The notes: generated by a model not told the origin, from the sequence alone. A stretch of 64,000 nt of DNA from Patescibacteria group bacterium (GCA_040384565.1 JAZKJC010000008.1:18049-82048); one strand, 5' to 3'; positions 28,238 through 38,192 are shown, numbered from the stretch's first letter. Numbers and translations: made by a program.

Positions 28238-29206
28238 ATGAACGATAAACGTATTCTTATACTTGGTGCTGGTGTATCTGGGCTATCTACGGGTATTTTA
28301 CTGCTCAAAGACGGTTACGGCGTTGATATTTGGGCTAAGGATTTACCGCCCAATACTACGTCAAACATAGCTGCTGCTGTTTGGTATCCATACCTTTGCA
28401 ATCCCAAAGATAAGGCAGCCAAGTGGAGCGGTTTTACACTCAAGTATCTACAGCAAAATACGCTTAACGACCCTGATAGCGGTTGCATAGAAAGAACCAT
28501 TACCGAGGTGTTTGACAAAAAGGTAGATGAACCCTGGTGGCAGGAAGCTGTTACTGAATACAGACGACCTGCTCAAGGTGAACTTCCAGCAGGATATGTG
28601 GACGGATACCAAACCAAAGCAATTTTAATGGACACTACCTTTTATATGGACTGGTTACTCAAGCAGTACAAAGAATTAGGTGGCGCCCTTGAGCAGAAGA
28701 CCATAGAGGATATACAAGAAACATTTAATCAGTACGATATTGTCGTTAACTGCACAGGTTTAGGCTCAAAAGAGTTATTTAATGACGATAGAGTATTTCC
28801 CGTTAGAGGACAGGTTGTTTACGTTAAGCCGAATGGCTTTGAGGAAGTAGTGGCAGATGATGACGGACCTAATAATCTTGCCGTTATTATTCCTCGTATT
28901 AACGACATTGTATTAGGTGGAACTGCACAACCGAATAATTGGAGCTTGGAAGTAGACCCTAAAGATACAGAAGACATTTTAAGGAAAGCAAAATTGTTAT
29001 CACCCGCATTTAATGACGTAGAGGTTATCGGACAAAAAGTGGGTTTGCGTCCAGCAAGAGACGAAGTTCGTCTAGAAATAGAAAGGTTTGGTAATAAAGC
29101 TGTCATACATAACTATGGACACGGCGGTGCTGGCTATACACTGTCCTGGGGTTGCGCAAATGATGTTAAAGAGTTGGTAAAGGGACTCGGCTCCCTACAA
29201 GCGTAA
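28238..29206 (+). CDS. D-amino-acid-oxidase-family FAD-dependent oxidoreductase
   Basis: N-terminal Rossmann ILILGAGVSGLSTG, and the C-terminal HNYGHGGAGYTLSWGCA block typical of DAAO. Confidence 0.75.
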   Translation: MNDKRILILGAGVSGLSTGILLLKDGYGVDIWAKDLPPNTTSNIAAAVWYPYLCNPKDKAAKWSGFTLKYLQQNTLNDPDSGCIERTITEVFDKKVDEPWWQEAVTEYRRPAQGELPAGYVDGYQTKAILMDTTFYMDWLLKQYKELGGALEQKTIEDIQETFNQYDIVVNCTGLGSKELFNDDRVFPVRGQVVYVKPNGFEEVVADDDGPNNLAVIIPRINDIVLGGTAQPNNWSLEVDPKDTEDILRKAKLLSPAFNDVEVIGQKVGLRPARDEVRLEIERFGNKAVIHNYGHGGAGYTLSWGCANDVKELVKGLGSLQA

Positions 29207-29391
29207 ACTGTTTTGCATTTTACAAAATATGTGCTATATTATAAAACTATGAAAGCAATTTCAATATCAGCCGTATCATTTTTTACAGTCTCTACTCACG
29301 GAGGCATTGCTAACTTTACCCAATAAATAAAGCAAATCAACAAAACTTAAGCCTCCAACCAGGAGGCTTTTTTAATTCATAAGGAAAGATT

Positions 29392-30402
29392 ATGTCAAAA
29401 CTTAAACCAAGAGAAATTGTAATGGACGCTGTAGGTGAAAGCACTACGGCAGATGTCCTATACCCACAAATAATAGTCAACCACGAAGCAGTACCGTTAG
29501 AAAGTGAGGAACAATTAAAGGCTTGGGCTGTAGGAGCTGCTACGGTCAATGCACTGATTAAGTCTAGCGACAGACGTGCTATAAACGACCAGTTATGGCG
29601 TTACTGTGCTGCACCTGACGACTACCCTTTGGAATTGCGTACTATTTACGGTGGTTCAGAAAATCCACATTCAGTTGACGTATTAGACTGGGCTTTGCCT
29701 TCATTAGCTATCGCAGCAGCAATGCAAAGATACGGAATGAGTCCTAGTGTGTCTGTACTTAGTGCAGATGAAGCTTCAATAAGACTTAACGGTCTTCAAG
29801 CAGAAGCCACCACGCAGCACACCAACGATACCCTACAGTTAGTTGAGCGAGTTGGTAGGCGTTACTATCCTAGCGTAGACCTAGAAGTTGGACGTTTAAC
29901 GTGGGACGAATTAACTGCTGAACCATATTCAGACGATGTTGATTTACTACGTAGTCAACAGCTCGGAGCTTCGGTAGTAAAAATAGTAAGCGGTCTTGAG
30001 GAAATGGTACAAAAGCGTGGCGGTGATATAGATAGTGTCTCGGCATACCTCGGTTTACATAACACTGCATACGCTATTTACACAGGCAAGCCCACCATAA
30101 AGATAGCAGGAGCGTCAGAAGAACGCTTCACTGTAATTCAACGTGAGCTAGCCGCAGCTCACTCTGAAATAACTGGCACTAAAGACATAGACAATAAATC
30201 CTGCTTAGTGGCTGGGGTTATACATGATAGCCCAAGTACGGCTCCGTACTATGTACAGGCAGGAATAAAAGTACCAAGTGTACTAGAAAGAATAAACGGA
30301 ATGGACTACCCGCTAGATATTCTGGCTAAGGAATATGGTCTTGGTCGTGTTGCAAGCAGAATAGCCGCTCTAAATATGAACCCACAAGAGGGCTTAGTAT
30401 GA
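29392..30402 (+). CDS. hypothetical protein (336 aa) in the aaRS-like cluster
   Basis: No recognised motif. The stop overlaps the next start by 4 nt. Confidence 0.5.
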   Translation: MSKLKPREIVMDAVGESTTADVLYPQIIVNHEAVPLESEEQLKAWAVGAATVNALIKSSDRRAINDQLWRYCAAPDDYPLELRTIYGGSENPHSVDVLDWALPSLAIAAAMQRYGMSPSVSVLSADEASIRLNGLQAEATTQHTNDTLQLVERVGRRYYPSVDLEVGRLTWDELTAEPYSDDVDLLRSQQLGASVVKIVSGLEEMVQKRGGDIDSVSAYLGLHNTAYAIYTGKPTIKIAGASEERFTVIQRELAAAHSEITGTKDIDNKSCLVAGVIHDSPSTAPYYVQAGIKVPSVLERINGMDYPLDILAKEYGLGRVASRIAALNMNPQEGLV

Positions 30403-31343
30403 AAATGTATATTGAACCACTAAAGAAAGATGTTCTTGACCGCTACCTTGACGTTCAAGACTTAACCCAAGCTGCTGAACCACATGCAGTTAAGTTGTTG
30501 TACCAAAAAATAGAAGACTATATGCGAGCAGCTCACCCAGACAGCAAAGTTATTGTATATCGGCAAAATCCAGTAGTACCTGTTGAAGATAACTACGATA
30601 AATTGCTAATCGGTAAAGATAACATTAGTCGTTCATCTACTTACACGCACTATGCTGACGACACCCACATTCTACGAACCCATACGTCTGCACATATGCC
30701 CCAAATACTTGAGGACTTAGCTAGACGAGATGACTGGAATGATGTTGTTGTTCTATTACCAGGTTTGGCGTACAGACGAGATGTTACAGACAAAACGCAC
30801 TTAGGTGTACTGCACCAGCTAGATATGTGGCGTGTCATTAAGAATAGTCCTGACAAGCCAGCTATTGTTAAAGACGACCTACTAGATGTAGTTAATGGAG
30901 TGGCAAGTGTTGCTGCACCAGGCTGGAAATTACGAATTGTAGATAACCCACACCCGTATACAAAAGGTGGCATTGAAGTTAATGCTGTAAAAGACGGGCG
31001 AGACATTGAAATACTTGAGTGCGGTTTAACGAGCGACCAATTATTGCAAGACTCTGGCTTAGACCCAAATAAGTATTCTGGTTGGGCGTTGGGTATGGGC
31101 TTAGACCGCTTAGTAATGACACTCAAGGCTATTCCAGATATTCGTTACTTGCGTTCTACTAACCCTGACATTGCTAAACAAATGGTTGATTTGACTCCCT
31201 ACAATGAAGTGTCACACCAGCCGAGTATCAAGCGTGACATGTCCTACAGTGTGCCCAAAGGCTATGTTGAGGAAGATATTAACGAGGACATTCGTAATGC
31301 ACTTGGCAATGATATGAATATATTGGAAAGCGGGAAGTCTTGA
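30399..31343 (+). CDS. mitochondrial-type monomeric phenylalanyl-tRNA-synthetase-like class II catalytic core
   Basis: Motif 2 ILRTHTSAHMPQ and AYRRDVTDKTHLGVLHQLD (compare the mito-PheRS block VYRRDQIDSQHYPIFHQLE). Motif 3 is GWALGMGLDRLVM. The C-terminus DMSYSVPKG matches the start of an FDX-ACB domain. Confidence 0.7.
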   Translation: MKMYIEPLKKDVLDRYLDVQDLTQAAEPHAVKLLYQKIEDYMRAAHPDSKVIVYRQNPVVPVEDNYDKLLIGKDNISRSSTYTHYADDTHILRTHTSAHMPQILEDLARRDDWNDVVVLLPGLAYRRDVTDKTHLGVLHQLDMWRVIKNSPDKPAIVKDDLLDVVNGVASVAAPGWKLRIVDNPHPYTKGGIEVNAVKDGRDIEILECGLTSDQLLQDSGLDPNKYSGWALGMGLDRLVMTLKAIPDIRYLRSTNPDIAKQMVDLTPYNEVSHQPSIKRDMSYSVPKGYVEEDINEDIRNALGNDMNILESGKS

Positions 31344-31531
31344 GTGAAACACTAGCGGAGCAGCTTCCCGACAAAATAAAAGAACGGCTTGGCTGTAAGC
31401 CTAATCAGAAAAATATACTAGTGCGGATTACTCTACGACATCTGGAAAAGACGCTTACAAAAAAGCAAGCCAACGACATCTATGACCATATTTACGGCAA
31501 AATAAATTACGGTACAGGCGGATACCTGTAG
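31340..31531 (+). CDS. FDX-ACB (ferredoxin-fold anticodon-binding) domain fragment continuing the PheRS-like gene in a shifted frame
   Basis: ILVRITLRHLEKTLTKKQANDIYDHI matches the FDX-ACB signature (...RITYRHMERTLSQREV...). It starts at a TTG overlapping the upstream TGA. Confidence 0.55.
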   Translation: MSETLAEQLPDKIKERLGCKPNQKNILVRITLRHLEKTLTKKQANDIYDHIYGKINYGTGGYL

Positions 31532-31543
31532 AAAGGCTATAAT

Positions 31544-32590
31544 ATGAATATGAAATACAGTTTTTATGACGACTACACCGAAGGCGCTCACCCAGAAATC
31601 CTAAAATACATAAGTGAGCATAATTTAGACCAACAACTAACATACGGGCGAGATGAGTATAGTAAGTTGGCTGCTGAAAGAGTAAACAAAGCATTTGGCA
31701 CAAATAATGCAGACGTACATTTCTTGCCCACTGGCACTGTCTGTAATGTCATAGGATTAAAGTCTATGCTTCGTGCTATTGAAGGGGTTATTGCGCCAGC
31801 AAGTGGTCATATAAACACCCATGAAACAGGTGCTTTAGAAGCTCACGGACATAAGATTATTTGGGTTGATACGCCTGACGGCAAGCTCACACCAGCCTTA
31901 ATAGACAAGGCTCTAGCTCTCTACGAAGACGAGCATACAGTAATTCCAAAAGTTGTATATCTGACCCAGGTAACTGAACTCGGCACTGTTTACACTAAAG
32001 AAGAACTCAAAACTGTAATTGACTACTCCAAATCAAAGGGTCTTTACACATTCCTAGACGGCGCACGTTTAGCTATGGCAGTCGCTAGCAAAACAGCTAA
32101 TATGACAATGGAAGATGTCGGCAATCTTGGGCTTGATATGTTCTACATCGGTGGCACTAAAAACGGTGGTATGTACGGCGAAGCGTTGGTTATACAAAAC
32201 GATATATTCAAGAAAGACTTCCGCCATTTTATAAAGCAGCGTGGCGGTATGATGGCTAAAGGTCGTTTTATTGGTCTACAGTTTGCTCGGTTCTTTGACG
32301 AAGATAACTTATGGCTTAACCTGGCTAACCATGCTAATGAAATGGCACAGTTGTTATTTAACGGTCTACAGGAACTAGGAATTGAGTTTGACCTTACGGC
32401 AGACGCGAACCAGGTTTTTCCAATCTTAGACAACAAAGTCTATGAGCAGTTGAGCCAAGAGTATGGCTTTTACCCCTGGAATAAAGTTGGTAATGATAAA
32501 ACTAAAGTACGTTTTGTTTGTTCATGGGCTACGCCTAAAGACCAAGTTGAAGCGTTAATTGCTGACGCAAGAAAGATTACCCAACAATGA
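31544..32590 (+). CDS. threonine aldolase family PLP-dependent enzyme (beta-eliminating lyase superfamily)
   Basis: 348 aa. HFLPTGTVCN aligns with FLPTGTQAN of low-specificity threonine aldolase. The N-terminal YSFYDDYTEGAHPEIL block and a GGTKNG Lys region also fit. Confidence 0.7.
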   Translation: MNMKYSFYDDYTEGAHPEILKYISEHNLDQQLTYGRDEYSKLAAERVNKAFGTNNADVHFLPTGTVCNVIGLKSMLRAIEGVIAPASGHINTHETGALEAHGHKIIWVDTPDGKLTPALIDKALALYEDEHTVIPKVVYLTQVTELGTVYTKEELKTVIDYSKSKGLYTFLDGARLAMAVASKTANMTMEDVGNLGLDMFYIGGTKNGGMYGEALVIQNDIFKKDFRHFIKQRGGMMAKGRFIGLQFARFFDEDNLWLNLANHANEMAQLLFNGLQELGIEFDLTADANQVFPILDNKVYEQLSQEYGFYPWNKVGNDKTKVRFVCSWATPKDQVEALIADARKITQQ

Positions 32591-33120
32591 AGTTTGGCAA
32601 ATTAGACTTCGCAGATGTTAGCCAGCATTCTAACTTAGTAGCTGCGCCGACAGATGAAGCAATTAAACAGCATGACCTTTCAGATGTTCTAGTTGCAGAA
32701 ATTGACGCTGAAGTAGCGGATACAGCAGCTTTCTGTGAAGCTTACGATATTGGAATGGACATATCAGCCAATTGCGTTGTCGTTGAAGCTAAAAGAGCCG
32801 ATAAAACGTGGTATGCAGCTTGTTTAATCTTAGCTACCAATCGGGCTGATATAAACGGCGTTGTAAGACGACACTTAGACGCTCGTAAAATATCTTTTGC
32901 GCCTATGGATACAGCAACCTCGCTGACAAAAATGGAGTACGGCGGTATCACCCCAATCGGTTTACCAGAGGACTGGCAGTTAATTGTTGACGAAGCTATT
33001 ATCCAAAAAGAGCGAGTAATAATCGGTAGCGGTATTCGTGGCTCAAAATTACTTGTAGAAAGCAGCATTTTTTCTAAACTGCCTAATGTTGCTATCAAGG
33101 ATATTGCAAAAACTAGTTAG
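32587..33120 (+). CDS. YbaK/ProX-family aminoacyl-tRNA trans-editing deacylase-like protein
   Basis: 177 aa. The C-terminal block GGITPIGLPEDWQLIVDEAIIQKERVIIGSG matches the YbaK/ProX deacylase domain pattern. Confidence 0.65.
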   Translation: MKFGKLDFADVSQHSNLVAAPTDEAIKQHDLSDVLVAEIDAEVADTAAFCEAYDIGMDISANCVVVEAKRADKTWYAACLILATNRADINGVVRRHLDARKISFAPMDTATSLTKMEYGGITPIGLPEDWQLIVDEAIIQKERVIIGSGIRGSKLLVESSIFSKLPNVAIKDIAKTS

Positions 33121-33164
33121 AACACAGTGTGGCTACCTCTGTAGTTTAAGGGTAGAATTAGAGT

Positions 33165-34943
33165 ATGTACGGGAAGAACATACTGATTATTCCAACGCAC
33201 GAAGATGTGTTTGGCGAACAGGCTAAGACCGAAGCCCAGATTATTGACGGACTGAAAGAGTTTAGCAGCCTGACTATATTGCACCTATGTACAAAGTTAA
33301 TGCTGTTTCTAAACAGTAGTGGGGCGAAAACTCCCGCAAAACAAACGGAACTTGCGCAAGGCTTACTCAATCAAGAAACGAGAGAACGATTACAGGCATT
33401 TATAGAAAATAGTGACGAAAAAGACCCGAACATACTTATCTTTCACCACTGTCCCGTAATGATGATGGTAAAACTCAATCTTGAGCATAATAATACTGAT
33501 GGTCTTGAGATTACTACCGAAGAAACTCGCACGAAGTTTGCTAGTCTTCTAATTTCTTTATGTGACATCTGGCTTTATAACGACAGGCTTAAAGGGGGTG
33601 GCAGCAAGCAGCAACGCAATTTCTTTTTAGAAGGCTTTCGGGCGTACCAAGCACGACAGTTCCTGCAAGAGAATGACGGCGAACCAATGATAAACCTACT
33701 CACAAGAGGTCGCTACATAGTTGATAAAGTGCGAGCAGATACTCGTCTTACTTTTGATGAGTCCTTCAAAACTGCGACTGGAATGGAACTAACTCTGTAT
33801 ATGGACATTCTTTTAATGCTGACTGCTCAATGGACAATCAACGTTGATACGACCAAGCTTGATGACATTTCGGTTAGAAGCACAGAGGAGTACTTTAAGC
33901 ACACTACACTTAGCGCAGAAGACATAAACAAGTTCTTAGATATTGTCGGCTTCAAGATGGACGATTACACCACACTTAATCAAAGATACCTTGAAATGAT
34001 AGGTATGCCTGATGACGACCACTTAGTAAACTTTATAACTTTTATGAAGAAGCCGATACTTCGCTACGACAACAAGTTTTTGTGCCTAAGCCCTAACTTC
34101 CTGCTTCTACAGCTTACCGAAGGACCATATAATATCGTTCGTGAAGCTATTAAGGGTACAAAGCAGGAGCAATTGTTACCTGTAGTTTGGGGCGATACTT
34201 ATGAGCAATATGCACTTGAAAGACTAGCAGCTACGTTTCCCAAATCAACTCATCAGAAACTTAAAGACAAGAATAACTCCGAAACAATAGACGCCTTGAT
34301 TGACCTAGATGATGTTGTTCTGCTAACAGAAATTAAATACCCGCATTGGTCATTCAGGGCAAGAATTACTGGTAAGCGTGAAGATATGCACGGCTATATG
34401 GAAAGAATTGCTCGCTATAAGCCAAAGAAAGAAAAGCTGGGACAGCCAAAGGTTGATAAGAAAAAAGGGCTTGGTCAAATCAAGTACTTCGTTGAAAAAG
34501 TAGCAGACGACACTGCTGTAGCCCCTGTAGATTTAACTAAAAAGCTATTAGTTCCGTTGCTAATTGTTGGCGAGGAATACCCAGTAGACCCTATAAACCG
34601 CCAGCTACTTGAGGGTTATGCTGCTAGCGAAGGCTGCTTGATAACAAAAGATAGTAGAGTGTTGCCATTCGTACTTATTACCAGCGAGGAACTTGAGCTT
34701 ATTGAATCGCTGGTAGAGGGTATAGGGCTTGAGGAAACAAAGAAATTGTTTATGACTTACGTTATGCGCCTACACCCAGACCACCGAGAACCCGAATATC
34801 ATAAACGAGCTACATCATTTAAGAATGAAGTCTTTAACCGAAAGATAAAAGTACCTAATAATATGTTTATGAAAACTCAATCCAAAGCAGCATTTGAACC
34901 AGTCAGAGCATATTTTAAGAATAAATCAGACCTGCCTTTATAA
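33165..34943 (+). CDS. hypothetical protein (592 aa)
   Basis: Long ORF with no recognised motif. Confidence 0.5.
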   Translation: MYGKNILIIPTHEDVFGEQAKTEAQIIDGLKEFSSLTILHLCTKLMLFLNSSGAKTPAKQTELAQGLLNQETRERLQAFIENSDEKDPNILIFHHCPVMMMVKLNLEHNNTDGLEITTEETRTKFASLLISLCDIWLYNDRLKGGGSKQQRNFFLEGFRAYQARQFLQENDGEPMINLLTRGRYIVDKVRADTRLTFDESFKTATGMELTLYMDILLMLTAQWTINVDTTKLDDISVRSTEEYFKHTTLSAEDINKFLDIVGFKMDDYTTLNQRYLEMIGMPDDDHLVNFITFMKKPILRYDNKFLCLSPNFLLLQLTEGPYNIVREAIKGTKQEQLLPVVWGDTYEQYALERLAATFPKSTHQKLKDKNNSETIDALIDLDDVVLLTEIKYPHWSFRARITGKREDMHGYMERIARYKPKKEKLGQPKVDKKKGLGQIKYFVEKVADDTAVAPVDLTKKLLVPLLIVGEEYPVDPINRQLLEGYAASEGCLITKDSRVLPFVLITSEELELIESLVEGIGLEETKKLFMTYVMRLHPDHREPEYHKRATSFKNEVFNRKIKVPNNMFMKTQSKAAFEPVRAYFKNKSDLPL

Positions 34944-35217
34944 ACCGAGAAACAGAATATATCTATATATATTAGTTTTTGCGCTTTCAAACAGTATCCC
35001 ATATCGGTTCTAAGCCAAATGCGTCAGACTCAAAGAAACGCCGAGCATTATCTACTTCACGGGCTAGGCGCACGATAGCGTCATAATACTTAGTGCGGAA
35101 CATGTACGGTAGAGGGAGCCAAATAAGAACACCTTAAAACGCCTCGCTCGTACGGTTAGACTTGACTAATTCAGTATAAGCACTAAGCTTAAGCTAATAG
35201 TTAGTGAGTTTAACTGG

Positions 35218-37386
35218 ATGGTCAAAGCAATGAATGAGCAGCCTGATATACAGCTCCCCGAAAGTTCTAATAGTTTAAAGTCCAAAATCACAAAACGTTT
35301 ACGCATTGATCGATTGCATATTTCTTCTCGGGCAAAAGCTGTGGTAGCAGTAGTGTTATTCGCAGTAGTTGGATCAGTACTACTATTTATCACAAATGCC
35401 TTACCAACGAATGTTATAAATTCAGCCAATTTTTCCGCAGAAGGTGAGTTGAAGCGATACATAATCGAAGATTTTGAAAAGATTAAAGGTGGCAAAGAGG
35501 GGTTTCACCGTGAAGAATTTTTCCTGAAAACAAATACAGGCGACCAAGTAAAATTAAACTTGCCCGAGGAAGCTCAGCAAAAACTTAAAGGGGGCTCCAG
35601 GGTAAGAATAAGTGGTAATAAAACAGGCGATACAGTAACAGTAGAACAAAATTATGCAGCCTCTATACAGGTCCTTGCAGAACCTCCCGCGGGAACAGAC
35701 CTGACAACTACTGACCCTTCTACTACTACGGCCAGCACAAACCGTAAAGTAGCGGTGATATTAATTAATTTTACTGACGATACCAGTCAACCAGTAACAG
35801 TTGATGCGGCTCGGCGGGAAGTTTTCACGGATCCCAACTATTCTGCTAACGCTTTCTACAAAAGAAGTTCTTATAACCTACTGGGTCTGACTGGGCATAC
35901 TAATGTCGACGGTGACATATTTGGGTACTACACCATAGGCGCCACAAAGTCCGGGAACTGCGACTACACTTTATGGGGGAGGCTTGCCGATCAAGCTGCC
36001 CAGTCTGCAGGCGCTGATTTGTCAGTATATAATCATATTATCTATGCTTTTCCTTCAGCGAATTGTGGCTTTGGGGGCATAGCAGATCTACCTGGTAGTC
36101 ATGTTTGGCTCAATGGTAGTATCTCAGGCACTCCACTTAGCCATGAGCTAGGACACAACCTCGGTCTGTACCATGCTAATGGCTTTGCCTGCAAGGATAC
36201 GTATGGTTTTACAGTATCAATAAGTGATAGGTGCAGCAGCCTTGAATACTATGACATGTTTGACACCATGGGCTCGGGATTTAACTTAGATGATTTTAAT
36301 GGGTATTACAAAAGACGCCTCAACTGGTTGGTTCCTTCAAATACGCAGACCGTAACTACAAGCGGTGATTATACGATCAATAGCCTCGAATCTACTGGTT
36401 CGGGAGTGAACGAGATAAGAATTCCGCGCTACGTCACTGCTGCAGGAATTACTCAGTATCTTCACCTTGAATATCGGCAGCGTAATGGTGAAGGTGTCCT
36501 TGTGCGACAAGTTGATGAAACCTTTGGAAGATCATATCTATTTGATACAACCGACGAAACCGCATTCTTTTGGCAGTTCAAGGACGCGCCACTTGCTATT
36601 GGCAGGACATTAACAGATGCTACTTACAATATCACCATAACACCTATATCTTCGACGCCGTCAAGCGTCAAAATACGCATTACTATTACTGGAACCACCA
36701 TCACAAAAGGCAAACCTAGCAAAAGAACAACAACCACGCCCGCCCCCCCAGAAAATGCCCAGTATGTATCTACTACTGCGCCTTTGGCGGTAAAGCCAGG
36801 TGGTCAGGTATTTAGCGCATCAATCACAATGAAGAATACCGGCACAACTACCTGGACTGCGGCGGATTATCAGCTCGGTGCAATTGTCATACCCTCCAAC
36901 AAATGGGGACAAACCCGGTTGAGTCTAAGTCGAGATGTAGCACCGGGAGCGACGGCCACATTCACCGGCACGTTCACGTCACCTGAGGCTATGGAATTTG
37001 ACAGAGCGCAATCTTTCAGTTGGCGCATGCTGAAGAACTCTACAAATACTTGGTTTGGCGGTGCCTTGACCAAGGCGATCACTGTCTCGAACGATCTGAC
37101 GGCGCCAGCACAACCTATGGACCTAAAGACCACTGCCGTAACTTCGAGCAGCGTGTCGCTGTCTTGGACTGCCTCTTCCACGCCAGGTGTGGCAGGCTAT
37201 CGTGTGTATAGAGTAAATAGTGGCGGTGCATTATATCTTGCAGGCTACACGACGTATACAACAGTATTCACCGATGCGATCGGTTTGAGCCCGTCTACGC
37301 CATACACATACTATATCGTGGCAATTAACTACAACGGACTAGAGTCTCTACAGTCTACGTCTGTAAACGTTACTACTCTAAAATAA
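35218..37386 (+). CDS. secreted zinc metalloprotease (metzincin-type HEXXHXXGXXH) with a C-terminal FN3-like domain
   Basis: HELGHNLGLYH zinc site, an N-terminal TM/signal and a C-terminal LSWTASSTPGVAGYRVYR FN3-like block. Confidence 0.7.
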   Translation: MVKAMNEQPDIQLPESSNSLKSKITKRLRIDRLHISSRAKAVVAVVLFAVVGSVLLFITNALPTNVINSANFSAEGELKRYIIEDFEKIKGGKEGFHREEFFLKTNTGDQVKLNLPEEAQQKLKGGSRVRISGNKTGDTVTVEQNYAASIQVLAEPPAGTDLTTTDPSTTTASTNRKVAVILINFTDDTSQPVTVDAARREVFTDPNYSANAFYKRSSYNLLGLTGHTNVDGDIFGYYTIGATKSGNCDYTLWGRLADQAAQSAGADLSVYNHIIYAFPSANCGFGGIADLPGSHVWLNGSISGTPLSHELGHNLGLYHANGFACKDTYGFTVSISDRCSSLEYYDMFDTMGSGFNLDDFNGYYKRRLNWLVPSNTQTVTTSGDYTINSLESTGSGVNEIRIPRYVTAAGITQYLHLEYRQRNGEGVLVRQVDETFGRSYLFDTTDETAFFWQFKDAPLAIGRTLTDATYNITITPISSTPSSVKIRITITGTTITKGKPSKRTTTTPAPPENAQYVSTTAPLAVKPGGQVFSASITMKNTGTTTWTAADYQLGAIVIPSNKWGQTRLSLSRDVAPGATATFTGTFTSPEAMEFDRAQSFSWRMLKNSTNTWFGGALTKAITVSNDLTAPAQPMDLKTTAVTSSSVSLSWTASSTPGVAGYRVYRVNSGGALYLAGYTTYTTVFTDAIGLSPSTPYTYYIVAINYNGLESLQSTSVNVTTLK

Positions 37387-37428
37387 TTTTCGGTTGAAGT
37401 AGCCTAGTTCCTAAATAGCAAATTCTTG

Positions 37429-37468
37429 CTTTATTGCGGTTATAACCTCCTCTATCGTGGTGAGCCAA
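37429..37468. repeat. copy 1 of a ~45-bp intergenic repeat family (TTTATWGCGGTTATAACYTCCTCTATYGTKGTGAGCCA)
   Basis: Aligns at about 85% with the copies at 38107 and 40082. It contains the palindromic core GGTTATAACC. Confidence 0.8.
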
Positions 37469-37682
37469 ATACAACGCTCAAAAAAGAAAAGACGCCTCTG
37501 GGTCAGATTCAGCCCCGTATGCGTCTTTTACAGTTGTAATTATAGCTGTTGGCTATTTTATTGTCTATATTTGGTCTGTTGACAAGGTTGTCACTAAAAA
37601 TGAAGACAAAAAAAAGAAAAGACACGGTTGATACAGTACAGTAACGTGCGCGTCTTATCCACTTAAAATACTATCAAAACAC

Positions 37683-38078
37683 CTATAATATGTCAATAAT
37701 TTTTTGCGTTTTGGTTATGATTTTAAGGTGTTTTATTTTGTGAGGACCAGCCGATAGGTAGTAGTTTATTCGAGCTATTGCCCTGCTTTGATGCAGTTTG
37801 GCGCGACGCAGATCGAGTACAACATTGCGTGATTGTCTGTGAGCGGCACGCAAATTGTTATCGATAGTTTTCTTGCCATTACCTCTTGGACTTTTGATTT
37901 CCCATTTTATACCGTTGACATCTATATCTGGTGTTTTCTTTGTCTCTGGACGCAAAAATATAACGTCTGCCTTGAAGTGGTATGCCAAAATGAGTGCCGC
38001 CGACAGCTCATGCTCTTTTGGAACATCTACTAAATCAGTTTGAACAATAACAGTGTACTTCGCCATAATCTGTACCAC
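37683..38078 (-). CDS. hypothetical protein with a PD-(D/E)xK-like nuclease motif
   Basis: PDIDVNGIKWEIKS gives the spacing PD...E.K. Confidence 0.35.
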   Translation of the reverse strand: MVQIMAKYTVIVQTDLVDVPKEHELSAALILAYHFKADVIFLRPETKKTPDIDVNGIKWEIKSPRGNGKKTIDNNLRAAHRQSRNVVLDLRRAKLHQSRAIARINYYLSAGPHKIKHLKIITKTQKIIDIL

Positions 38079-38106
38079 TATAGCACAGCTACCCCTGTTA
38101 GGTCAT

Positions 38107-38152
38107 GTTTTATTATGGTTATGACTTCCTCTATCGTGCTGAGCCAAGCATA
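38107..38152. repeat. copy 2 of the ~45-bp intergenic repeat family
   Basis: ttttattatggttatgacttcctctatcgtgctgagccaagc. Confidence 0.8.
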
Positions 38153-38192
38153 GGCACTTACCGAAAGGGTAGGTGTTTTTGTTAAGAATATA

